Virus record (IMG/VR): IMGVR_UViG_3300032243_000867
Coordinates: 96,001-160,000 of that record
DNA length: 64,000 nt
Direction: 5' to 3' (one strand)
Source: a virus
Taxonomy: Duplodnaviria; Caudoviricetes
This document shows, in pieces, positions 34,643-43,281 of this stretch. The notes beneath the pieces are model-generated. The model saw nothing but the letters and a program-made list of their open reading frames with translations. It made no database searches and was not told where the DNA came from. Both the position numbers and the translations under genes were made by a program. The first letter of the stretch is position 1, and every line of letters begins with the position of its first letter.

Positions 34643-36106
34643 ATGGATCTCGACGCATGGCTCGAAGAAGACCTCACCTCGGAGGAGACGAAACAAGCCT
34701 ACCAGTATTTCATGAAGCCCGAGCCCCGCGACATCGCCGGGGACTTGGAGACGGACCCGGAGACGGGCATCCGTTCCCGGCTCATGCGTATCGGAATGCT
34801 TCGGGGCATGAAGGACGAGGACAAGAAGACCTATCGGGTGTATCTTGACCCGATTCCCCACATCCGCATCGACGAGGGCAAGCCTCTTCAGGCTTGGTAC
34901 AAATCGAAGCACGAAGAGCCCGGTGTCCGCAACCGCCCGTGCTTTACCGAAGCGATCCTCACCCAGCCGTACGGAGGGTTCTGCGCGGTGGGTTGTGCTT
35001 TCTGTTACATCAATAGCGGGTTCAAGGGCTACCGGGGATCGGGCCTTATCTCCGTTCCGATGGGGTACGGGAAGCAGGTCCGGGAGTCCCTGAAGAAGAT
35101 GAAGACCTCGGCAGCGGGGTACTTCAGCTCTTTCACCGACCCGTTCCTTCCCTTGGAGGACGTTTACCACAACACGCAGGAAGGCGCTCAGGCGTTCGTG
35201 GATGAGGGGCTCCCCATCTTCTTCCTCTCCCGCATCAAATACCCTTCCTGGGCGTTCGATCTTCTGCGGCAGAATCCGTATAGCTACGCTCAGAAGAGCA
35301 TCAACTGCGCGAACCAGGAAGACTGGAAGCGCCTGTCCCCCGGCGCGGCATCCCTCGCTACTCACATGGAGGACATCCGCGAGCTTCGCAAGGCGGGCAT
35401 CTACGTCAGCATCCAAGTCAATCCCATCATCCCCGGAGTCGTGAATCATGACGACGTAGAGCAGGTGTTCGAGATGCTTGCGGAAGCCGGGGCGAACCAC
35501 GTCATCGTGAAGTTCGTCGAGGCCAGCTACTCTTGGGCTCCCGCGATGGCGGAGAAGATCCGTTTCCGCTTCGGGAAAGAGCGCGGAAGTAAGTTCGAGA
35601 GCCTCTTCACCGAGAACATCGGGGGTCAGCGAACCATCGTGGAGGAATACCGGATGGAAGGTCACCGCCGATACCAGAAGGCGGCTACCCGTCTCGGGAT
35701 GACGTACGCGACCTGCTACGAGTACCGGATGGAGCGGGATGCCGCCGGAAGGGTCACGAACAAGACGGGCGTGTCCGTGGGAAAAGAATTCCTCACGGCG
35801 GATCAGTGCCACGGACACAAGGTGCCGATGTTCACCCGGTCCGATCAGAAGGAGCCCTTCCGCGAAGTTTCACACTGCCCGCCGACGGGATGCCTCTCCT
35901 GTTCGGACGACAACGGCGGGAAGGCCCGCTGCGGTTCCGAGTTGTACGGCGCGGCAGCGGCGCTTCGCCTACCGGACTTGAAGGTCGGGGTGTACGATGA
36001 CGTTCCCGCTTCGCGGAAGCGTTCGCTCCCCGTGATCAACACCCCGGCCCCCGCTCCCCTCCCCACGACCATGTCCGAAATCCTCGGGCTGAGCGGAGAA
36101 GAGTAG
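34643..36106 (+). CDS. Radical SAM enzyme
   Basis: CAVGCAFC (CxxxCxxC). SD gaaagg before ATG 34643. Confidence 0.9.
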   Translation: MDLDAWLEEDLTSEETKQAYQYFMKPEPRDIAGDLETDPETGIRSRLMRIGMLRGMKDEDKKTYRVYLDPIPHIRIDEGKPLQAWYKSKHEEPGVRNRPCFTEAILTQPYGGFCAVGCAFCYINSGFKGYRGSGLISVPMGYGKQVRESLKKMKTSAAGYFSSFTDPFLPLEDVYHNTQEGAQAFVDEGLPIFFLSRIKYPSWAFDLLRQNPYSYAQKSINCANQEDWKRLSPGAASLATHMEDIRELRKAGIYVSIQVNPIIPGVVNHDDVEQVFEMLAEAGANHVIVKFVEASYSWAPAMAEKIRFRFGKERGSKFESLFTENIGGQRTIVEEYRMEGHRRYQKAATRLGMTYATCYEYRMERDAAGRVTNKTGVSVGKEFLTADQCHGHKVPMFTRSDQKEPFREVSHCPPTGCLSCSDDNGGKARCGSELYGAAAALRLPDLKVGVYDDVPASRKRSLPVINTPAPAPLPTTMSEILGLSGEE

Positions 36107-36571
36107 TCACCCCACCCACCACTCCGGGCGATTCCTCCGCCAAGTCCCCAACCTCCCCCCTCGCTTCGTCTGGTAGTACCTCCGATACGCGCCCACCGAT
36201 TCGTGACCTCTCAGTTCCACGGGCATCGCTTGGGCGAACGGGGTCATCATTCGGTCGGGGAGGGAGGGGACGTTCTCTGCGAGGTGGAGCAGCACGGCCT
36301 CCGTGGCGTGCGTCTTCCCGTACCGGGCCGTGTACTCGCGGCACAGTTCCAGACCTAGCTCGCACAGCCACAGGTAGTTTGCTTGTGAGTCTCTCGCCCA
36401 CACGGCGCAAGGGTGGTTCGCGTGCGTCGGTCGGTACGGGGCGGTACTCCCCGTGAGGTGATGGGCGGTGCAGAGTAGCTGCGCCGTTTCCAGCACCATC
36501 TTCACGACGTGGGCATCGCAGTGCCACCGTGCGGCTTGGCGGGGATCGTAGTGGAGGGCGAAGACGTTCAC
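36107..36571 (-). CDS. denV: Pyrimidine-dimer DNA glycosylase / endonuclease V-like protein
   Basis: MNVF.L...HCDAHVVKMVLETAQLL...THANHPC..W...Y..RYGKTH...AYRRYY. Confidence 0.85.
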   Translation of the reverse strand: MNVFALHYDPRQAARWHCDAHVVKMVLETAQLLCTAHHLTGSTAPYRPTHANHPCAVWARDSQANYLWLCELGLELCREYTARYGKTHATEAVLLHLAENVPSLPDRMMTPFAQAMPVELRGHESVGAYRRYYQTKRGGRLGTWRRNRPEWWVG

Positions 36572-36609
36572 GCGGGCGGTTACGCCTCTATTATCCTAAC
36601 GGTCCGTAG

Positions 36610-37059
36610 ATGGAACCCGCCCGCCCGGTCCTGTACTTCGGGTACGGGTCGAACCTGAACGTGCCCGTGATGCTATCGCGGGTGCCCCACGCCAAGTTGC
36701 TGTTCGGTGCGTACCTCCCCTACCACAAGCTCACCTTCGCGGGCGATCACCCGATCAGCGGCGGTGGCGGTAAAGCGACGCTGGTGCCCGCGATGTCCCT
36801 CGTGCCCGGTGCCTTGTACTCGGTGACTCGCGATGACCTTCACCTACTGGACCACATGGAGGGCACCCCCACGGGCAACCACCGCCACAACGAGTACGTC
36901 TACGGCTGGGACGGCACCCGCTACGAAGCCTTCATGTACCGCCAGAACTCGGGCACCCCGTACCACCAGCCCTCGGAAGAGTACCTGCGGATGATCGTCG
37001 AGGGCCGTAAGATGTTCGGATACCCTTTCTCCGACGTGATCCAAGAGGCCATGCGATGA
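36610..37059 (+). CDS. Gamma-glutamylcyclotransferase (GGCT/AIG2-like)
   Basis: YFGYGSNL...LDHMEG...PSEEYL. Confidence 0.85.
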   Translation: MEPARPVLYFGYGSNLNVPVMLSRVPHAKLLFGAYLPYHKLTFAGDHPISGGGGKATLVPAMSLVPGALYSVTRDDLHLLDHMEGTPTGNHRHNEYVYGWDGTRYEAFMYRQNSGTPYHQPSEEYLRMIVEGRKMFGYPFSDVIQEAMR

Positions 37060-37655
37060 CCCCCGGCACGCACAAGCTCCCGCCCCTGCCCTACGCCTAC
37101 GATGCCCTTGAGCCGTGGATGGGCGCGGAGACGGCGCGGCTGCACCACGGCAAACACCACCAAGCCTACGTTGACGGGTTGAACGAAGCTGAAGTCGAGC
37201 TCGCCAAGGCGAGGGCTTCGGGCGACATCAAGCTCGTCCCGTACTGGCAGACCCGGCGAGCGTTCAATGAGGGCGGGCACGTTCTGCACTCGATCTTCTG
37301 GCATTGTATGTCGCCCGACGGCGGCGGGCTTCCCGCGGGCAACCTAGCCACCCTGATTGACCGGGACTTCGGCGGGTACAAGGCGTTCCGCCGTGAGTTC
37401 GTCGCCACGGCCAAGGGCGTCGAGGGGTCGGGCTGGGCGGTTCTCGTACTCAAGCGCGGGATGCGCGGTGGACGCCTAGAGGTGGCACCCGTTCACAATC
37501 ACGAGAACCGCGCCCTGTGGCAGTCACAGGTGCTGCTCCCGATGGACGTGTGGGAGCACGCCTACTACCTCGACCACCAGAACGACCGGGAGGGCTGGGC
37601 CAACACCTTCCTCGACCATCTGGTGGACTGGGACTACGTCGGAACGAGGCTCTAA
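37056..37655 (+). CDS. sod: Fe/Mn superoxide dismutase
   Basis: LPYAYDALEP, HHGKHHQAYV, GGHVLHSIFW, GSGW and DVWEHAYY. Confidence 0.97.
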   Translation: MTPGTHKLPPLPYAYDALEPWMGAETARLHHGKHHQAYVDGLNEAEVELAKARASGDIKLVPYWQTRRAFNEGGHVLHSIFWHCMSPDGGGLPAGNLATLIDRDFGGYKAFRREFVATAKGVEGSGWAVLVLKRGMRGGRLEVAPVHNHENRALWQSQVLLPMDVWEHAYYLDHQNDREGWANTFLDHLVDWDYVGTRL

Positions 37656-38023
37656 TGCCCCCTCGAAAGAAGAAGCCGTCCACCGCCGCGAGAGGCGACT
37701 GCTACGAAGCGGCTGGGAAGTATATGTTCGAGAACTGTCTGATGGACCCCCAGTGCGGGCTGCGGGTCGTTCACGGAGAGGTCGCTGGGCAGGGGCCGCT
37801 AAAAGGCGTCACCTTCGGGCACGCTTGGGTTCTGGACGGCGACACGGTGATTGACCGCTCGAACGGTCGGAGCTTGCGGATTCCCAAGGTCGTGTACTAC
37901 GCGCTGGGTTCCATCGAGCGCATCGGGAACCTGCACACCTACACCTGGGACGAGGCCAAGAAGAAGATGCTTCAGTTTGGGCACTACGGCCCGTGGGACC
38001 TCAAGACCCGGAGCGGGCTATGA
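37655..38023 (+). CDS. Transglutaminase/papain-like Cys-His-Asp protein
   Basis: GDCYEAA...GHAWV...VID. TAATG-coupled start. Confidence 0.55.
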   Translation: MPPRKKKPSTAARGDCYEAAGKYMFENCLMDPQCGLRVVHGEVAGQGPLKGVTFGHAWVLDGDTVIDRSNGRSLRIPKVVYYALGSIERIGNLHTYTWDEAKKKMLQFGHYGPWDLKTRSGL

Positions 38024-38148
38024 AGGAACTGTTCACCCTCCCTTCGGTGAAGCGCGAGCCCGTACCGGCGACGGTGCTGGACGTGCTCCGCGACGGCGGC
38101 GGGGAGCCTTCCGCCCGGAGGGTTGCCTCCCGATTTCTGGGGCGGTGA
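38020..38148 (+). CDS. 42-aa micro-ORF ending SARRVASRFLGR
   Basis: ATGA-coupled and below the ORF-track cutoff. Carries the RVAxRFL motif of the head proteins. Confidence 0.5.
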   Translation: MKELFTLPSVKREPVPATVLDVLRDGGGEPSARRVASRFLGR

Positions 38149-38182
38149 CCCCCTCCGGGCGTAATAGCCCCCGGAGGCCACA

Positions 38183-40648
38183 ATGGCAACGAAGTCAAAG
38201 ACCCAGACCAACATCACCAAGTTCGCTCTCCGTAACTTCAAGGGCACCCCCACCCGCTACTTCCGCTGCGAGGCGGAAGACCTCACCGCGAAGGCGACCG
38301 TCGAGGTTCGCAAGCCTTCGCACCACATCCTCGTGATCGACCGTTCGGGCTCGATGTACGGGGACATCGGGGACGTGAAGGGCACCGTCGAGAAGCTCCT
38401 CACCCTCTCCGAGTTCCGCGATCCGACGCTGAAGGTGTCCCTCATCTCCTACTCGTCGCGGGGCGACGTGAAGCTGCACTTCAGCAAGGTGACGGTGGAG
38501 GACGTGATGCGGGCGGGCTCCCCGTACCTCGGTGAGATCCGCAGCATTCACGCCACGGCCCTCACCTGCATCTCGCAGGGCCTCGCGATGGCAGAGACCA
38601 TCGTGGACGATGCCGATACGACGTGCGTGACGCTTCACACGGACGGTTTCGCCAACGACCGGAGCCCCACGGCGGAGGCCCGCGACATCAAGGCGGCGGT
38701 CGAGAAGCTCAAGAAGCATCCCAACCTGTTCGCCAACACCATCGGGTATCGCGACTGGTGCGATTACAACCTCCTCGCCAGCATCAGCAACGCCCTCTCG
38801 GGCGTGTGCGTGCAGGCCAAGGGCATCAAGGCCGTGTACGAAGCGGTCTACAACACCACCAAGCTGCTGGCGGGCACGATGTCGACCGCCGTCGAGGTGT
38901 CGCGCGGCAAAGCGGCGTACACGCTGTTCGTGTCGAAGGCGGGCCGCAAGGTGCTGGGTTCCCGCGACGACACGATGCTGGTGCGTGGCCTCGCTCCGAC
39001 CGACGACAAGACCTCCTACCGCCTGTTCGAGATCAACGGGCAGGACTACGCGGCGCTGGACGTTCCGGTGAACGGCGACGGCGCGGACGTGCAGCCCGTC
39101 CTCGCCTACGCCCGCGCGCTGGTTTCGGAAGGTGAGCTCAATGCGGCGAAGTACGCGATGGTGGCCACTCGGTGCGGGGAGCTTCTGGAAGGCCACGCCC
39201 GCGCGCTGGTGTCCTCGGACATCGCGGCGATGGCCGACGCCATCGAGGGCTACACCTTCGACCGCGCCTTCACCCCCGCCCCCGTCTACGGGTTGCCCTC
39301 CACGGGTCCGTCGGTGCTCACGGTGCTCACCTACCTCAACGGGCACACGGACACCCTCTCGGTGGACCTCCCGACTTTCGCCAAGAGCTACAAGCGGCGG
39401 GGCGTGAAGCGCATCCCCGGCACGCGCCTCGCGGACGGCACGGTGGAGGAGCCCAAGGTTAGCTCCAAGGTGCGCGAGGGCGGGGACGGATGGGTGCGGG
39501 TCAACAGCTTCGACCTCAACCGCAACACGGCCAGCATCAATATGCTGGTGAGCCAACCCATCGACCTGTTCCCGAAGGGGTCGTCCCAGCGGGTGGCGAG
39601 CGTGGCGGGGGTGTCCCTCGACGACCTCAAGAGCTACAACAACTACACCCTCGTCGGTGATGGAATGCTGAACGTGGCTTCCCTCAACCTCCGCACGTCG
39701 GATCAGAAGGTGATCGTCGGGCTCGCTTCCCTCGGGCTCCACCTCGCCAATGCCAAGGCGGGCCAGCCCTTCACGCTCGACCTGTCGGGCCTCCCGCTGG
39801 TGGACTACGACCTCAACGTGAGCGCGGTGGACAACACTACGGCTACGCGCCTCGCGCGGCTCACGGTTCTCTCCAAGATCCTCAACGGCATGGTGAAGGG
39901 CGACGCCAGCGGGTTCACTTCGGAACAGGTGAACGACCTCAAGGCCCACTACCTCACCCCGGCGATGTACTTCTCGCCGCCCACCACCACGGAGTACGCG
40001 GACCTCGCGGACGCCATCGCCACGGGCAAAGTGGACACGAAGCTGTCCTACAAGGTGAACGTCGGCACGCCTTCCATCACGGGGCTGGACAAGCTGAAGT
40101 CGGGCAACGAGTACCTCCAGCGGCGCTTCACCTTGAAGGCCAACGGGGCGGACATCGAGAAGCCCACGCTGGATTACATCCCGCTTCCCAGTTCCGAGTG
40201 GGCGGTCAAGAAGCTCTCGGCCCGCACCGCCCTCGACGCCGTGGACGACCTCTCTTACCCCATCTACGAGGGCATCCTCGGTCTGGGCGACGGCACGGTG
40301 CTGAAGGATCTTCTGAAGGGAGTGGGGTGCGTGGACCCGGCGCGGTTCATCGCGGACATCAAGGGGGCGAACGCCCGCGACGAGATCAAGACGGCGATTC
40401 GGTTCGTGGACGATGCCATCGAGGCCGTGTACGAGACGGTTCGACCGCTGGCCTTCTACATCGGTGCGACGGGCCTTGTGCCCGATACCCTCGGCGCGAA
40501 GGCCCTGACTGCCGACGAGTTCGCCACGGCGCACCCGGAGGCGAAGCTGTCGAAGGCCGAGAAGGAGGAGGGCACGTTCTTCACCCTCCCCGACAACACG
40601 GTGCTGACCGTGTACGTCAAGGGCGAGCACTTCTCGACGGGCAACTAG
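38183..40648 (+). CDS. VWA (von Willebrand A) domain protein
   Basis: MIDAS motifs VIDRSGSM, T and LHTDG. SD ggagg. Confidence 0.85.
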   Translation: MATKSKTQTNITKFALRNFKGTPTRYFRCEAEDLTAKATVEVRKPSHHILVIDRSGSMYGDIGDVKGTVEKLLTLSEFRDPTLKVSLISYSSRGDVKLHFSKVTVEDVMRAGSPYLGEIRSIHATALTCISQGLAMAETIVDDADTTCVTLHTDGFANDRSPTAEARDIKAAVEKLKKHPNLFANTIGYRDWCDYNLLASISNALSGVCVQAKGIKAVYEAVYNTTKLLAGTMSTAVEVSRGKAAYTLFVSKAGRKVLGSRDDTMLVRGLAPTDDKTSYRLFEINGQDYAALDVPVNGDGADVQPVLAYARALVSEGELNAAKYAMVATRCGELLEGHARALVSSDIAAMADAIEGYTFDRAFTPAPVYGLPSTGPSVLTVLTYLNGHTDTLSVDLPTFAKSYKRRGVKRIPGTRLADGTVEEPKVSSKVREGGDGWVRVNSFDLNRNTASINMLVSQPIDLFPKGSSQRVASVAGVSLDDLKSYNNYTLVGDGMLNVASLNLRTSDQKVIVGLASLGLHLANAKAGQPFTLDLSGLPLVDYDLNVSAVDNTTATRLARLTVLSKILNGMVKGDASGFTSEQVNDLKAHYLTPAMYFSPPTTTEYADLADAIATGKVDTKLSYKVNVGTPSITGLDKLKSGNEYLQRRFTLKANGADIEKPTLDYIPLPSSEWAVKKLSARTALDAVDDLSYPIYEGILGLGDGTVLKDLLKGVGCVDPARFIADIKGANARDEIKTAIRFVDDAIEAVYETVRPLAFYIGATGLVPDTLGAKALTADEFATAHPEAKLSKAEKEEGTFFTLPDNTVLTVYVKGEHFSTGN

Positions 40649-40681
40649 CCTTCGGTGATCCCCCTATCCCTAGCACGGGAT

Positions 40682-41146
40682 ATGGCCACCCTTCGTACCC
40701 GTCTCATCCGTCTGGCCCACCAGCAGCCCGCGCTGCGACCCCACCTTCTGCCCCTTCTCAAGTCGGCGCGGAGCTCGTTTGAGTTCCTCATGTCGATGGC
40801 GATGAACCATGACATGGCAGACGCCGTGCGGATGGATCGGGACGAAGAGCTCACCGAGAGCTACGTCGATCTCCTTCGATCTTCCCTCAACCGGGTCGAG
40901 AACTCGCTGGACGGCGAGCGCGTCCAAGGGTCCGTCCTCAAGGTCAAGCGTATCGAGGCCACGCGCGGGAAGCTCGTCGTGGTCCTTGAGGCTTCCCCCC
41001 CTCCTGTTACGGAGGAAGATGAAGAGGCAGTCCTCTACAGGGCAGAGCGTCTGCTGGAGAGGGAGATCACCGAGGAATTCAATCGACCCGGCGGTGAATG
41101 GTTGTACGAAGAGATGAAGCAAGAGCTTGAGATCGAGATTCTCTGA
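40682..41146 (+). CDS. Hypothetical virion-internal protein with N-terminal leader
   Basis: Leader MATLRTRLIRLAHQQPALRPHLLPLLKSA followed by an acidic domain. Confidence 0.6.
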   Translation: MATLRTRLIRLAHQQPALRPHLLPLLKSARSSFEFLMSMAMNHDMADAVRMDRDEELTESYVDLLRSSLNRVENSLDGERVQGSVLKVKRIEATRGKLVVVLEASPPPVTEEDEEAVLYRAERLLEREITEEFNRPGGEWLYEEMKQELEIEIL

Positions 41147-41165
41147 TCCTTCCTAGCGGTCTTCA

Positions 41166-41420
41166 GTGAAGTACAAGACCCACACCACCGATCCGCGCAT
41201 TCCAGAAGGTTTCGTCGTGCGAGAGCACGACGAAAACACCCTCGATCCGTCCATTCGCGCGTCGGGGTGCCGTTGGGTCACGCGCCACGAGAGCATCGAC
41301 CACCCGTGTGGGTGGTACTCGTGGCATCGGTCCTACCCTGCTGCCGTACTTGCCGCCCGGATTCACGCGGGCCAGCCCTGCATCGGGACGGAGGGGCGAC
41401 GGAAGCGCCGTGCGCGGTGA
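41166..41420 (+). CDS. Hypothetical protein
   Basis: 84-aa ORF filling an intergenic gap. Confidence 0.4.
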   Translation: MKYKTHTTDPRIPEGFVVREHDENTLDPSIRASGCRWVTRHESIDHPCGWYSWHRSYPAAVLAARIHAGQPCIGTEGRRKRRAR

Positions 41421-41447
41421 CGCGCCTATCACCCGTGGAAGGTGGAC

Positions 41448-41750
41448 ATGGCAACGAGCAAAGCCGTAGATTGGTTGGAGACAGGGTGGAAGGTGCTGGC
41501 CGTTCTGGTCATCCCGCTCCTTGGGTTGGGCGTGTCCATGTACACGGACGCTTCTGTAACCCGCGAGAGGGTCACTCAGATCCAGCGCCGTCTCGACGAG
41601 GACCGCACTCAGATCGAGTCCGTGAACGCACGGATCAACCAGATTTCCCTCACCGTTCAAGACACCAACGGTCAGATTCGGGAGCTGCGTACGGTGCTGG
41701 ACATCATCCGTACCCAAGTAACTCGTACTTCAGAGGTGGGTAGGCCATGA
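41448..41750 (+). CDS. Membrane-anchored coiled-coil protein (holin/spanin-like)
   Basis: One N-terminal TM helix plus coiled coil. SD aaggtgg. Confidence 0.55.
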   Translation: MATSKAVDWLETGWKVLAVLVIPLLGLGVSMYTDASVTRERVTQIQRRLDEDRTQIESVNARINQISLTVQDTNGQIRELRTVLDIIRTQVTRTSEVGRP

Positions 41751-42064
41751 GTTCTTCTCGCGCGCTGGAAGTGTTCTTCGGGGTCGTCACCCTGGTTTCC
41801 GTCGTTTCCGTGCCCGTTCCCCGAAGAAGCCCTCCCGCGGTTGTTATCCCCGCGAGGCCCCGGCTCGACCTTACCAGGTTGGAGTACCTTCACCGGGAAT
41901 CTCTGGCCCAGAAGGAAAGCGTCTCTAGCCTCTCCCGCGAGACGCGGGAGCTCTCGAACCTCCTACGCACTCAACCGATCCGGTCCGACGGCGGTACGGT
42001 AGCGTCACACGCGCCCCGTACAGGGATTCAACCGGAGAACGAAGAGTATGAGTGCAGCCAGTGA
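41747..42064 (+). CDS. Membrane-anchored coiled-coil protein
   Basis: N-terminal hydrophobic helix. ATGA-coupled. Confidence 0.45.
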   Translation: MSSSRALEVFFGVVTLVSVVSVPVPRRSPPAVVIPARPRLDLTRLEYLHRESLAQKESVSSLSRETRELSNLLRTQPIRSDGGTVASHAPRTGIQPENEEYECSQ

Positions 42065-42332
42065 CATCGCGAAGAAGCTGACCGACGACGAGTCCAAGGA
42101 GATTCAGGGCCTCCACCGTCAGGCTCAGGAGATCGTCCACGCCATCGGCCAGACGGAGGTTCGCAAGGCGAAGCTCCTCTCTCAGTTGTCGGACGTTGAG
42201 GAGCGGGCGCAGGGGACGATGAACTCGGTGGGTGCCCGTCTGGGTCTTCCGCAGGGCGTGCCGTGGCACATCACCCCGGACGGAAGCATCGTTCTCATCG
42301 ACCCGAAGACGGGCCAACCCCTCGCGCCGTAG
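42048..42332 (+). CDS. Small coiled-coil protein
   Basis: Heptad pattern and host-like codon bias. Confidence 0.55.
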   Translation: MSAASDIAKKLTDDESKEIQGLHRQAQEIVHAIGQTEVRKAKLLSQLSDVEERAQGTMNSVGARLGLPQGVPWHITPDGSIVLIDPKTGQPLAP

Positions 42333-42356
42333 CCCTTCTATCGCACCCTCTCGGGT

Positions 42357-42842
42357 GTGATCCCTTCCCGTACCGCCTACCAACGCCAACGCCGCCAGCG
42401 CGGTTTGGCGAAGGTCAAGTCCCACCGCTACTACATGAAGCACCGCGCGCAGAACAAGATGCGGGCGCGGAAGCGGTACAAACGTATGCGGAACAACCCG
42501 GCGTTCAAGCGCCGCCAGCGTCTCTACCGCATGAATCCTCAGAGGTTCATGCGGCGCACGGCGTCGTTTGCCGGGTTCGATCCGATTCCTTTCTGGTCGG
42601 CGTCTCTAGGGGACGGGCTGGTGGTGGGGGTGGACGACGATGAGGTGTTCTACACCCTGTTGTCTTCGCCCGAAGACCTACAGGTGATCTACCATCAGGA
42701 TTTCCTCGACACGGCGGCGTTCCTAGAGGACGCCGACATCGAGCGTTTCTTCTCTATCCTCGACGAAGCGATGGGGGTTCCCCTCGTCGTCTCCGCCGTG
42801 TCGGATGCATTGGTATCCGAGATGGAGGCGCATGAAGTTTGA
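42357..42842 (+). CDS. Basic plus acidic two-domain protein, paralog of the polyprotein middle
   Basis: YQRQRRQRG...RYY...RRTAS, then IPFW...FF domain. Preceded by CTAT-N13-GTG. Confidence 0.6.
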   Translation: MIPSRTAYQRQRRQRGLAKVKSHRYYMKHRAQNKMRARKRYKRMRNNPAFKRRQRLYRMNPQRFMRRTASFAGFDPIPFWSASLGDGLVVGVDDDEVFYTLLSSPEDLQVIYHQDFLDTAAFLEDADIERFFSILDEAMGVPLVVSAVSDALVSEMEAHEV

Positions 42843-43281
42843 CCGGAAGGCGCTGGACGCACTAGGCAAGAAGTGGCTGAAGTACCTGAAGGAAGAAATC
42901 GCGAAGGACGCGGCGAAGAGCACCTTCATCCCGCGCGACCCCGAGTTCCTCAAGAGCTTCAGCTACACCGTCGAACCCGGCGGAATCGTGTCCCTGTACT
43001 CGACGTGGCCGTGGCTAGAGGTCATCACCAACGGCACGCGCGGAAAGTACAAGATGGCGCGGCTCACCCAACAAGCCGGGGTGAACGTCGTTCCGTTGGT
43101 TCAGCGGGACGGTAGCGTTCACTTTAGAACCGCCCCGTTGACCTTCGGGGAGGCGTGGGTTCACCCAAAAATCGCGAAGCACACGTTCATCAACAGGGCC
43201 TACGAGAGAGCTTTTCAGGACCATGCCGATGAGGTGGTGGGCTCCGCGATACAGAAAGCTGTGGATAAGAAGAAACGATGA
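42832..43281 (+). CDS. Putative neck/tail-completion protein (HK97 gp10-like)
   Basis: HPKIAKHTFINRAYE resembles the HP....F..RA signature. Located before the tail genes. Confidence 0.5.
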   Translation: MKFDRKALDALGKKWLKYLKEEIAKDAAKSTFIPRDPEFLKSFSYTVEPGGIVSLYSTWPWLEVITNGTRGKYKMARLTQQAGVNVVPLVQRDGSVHFRTAPLTFGEAWVHPKIAKHTFINRAYERAFQDHADEVVGSAIQKAVDKKKR

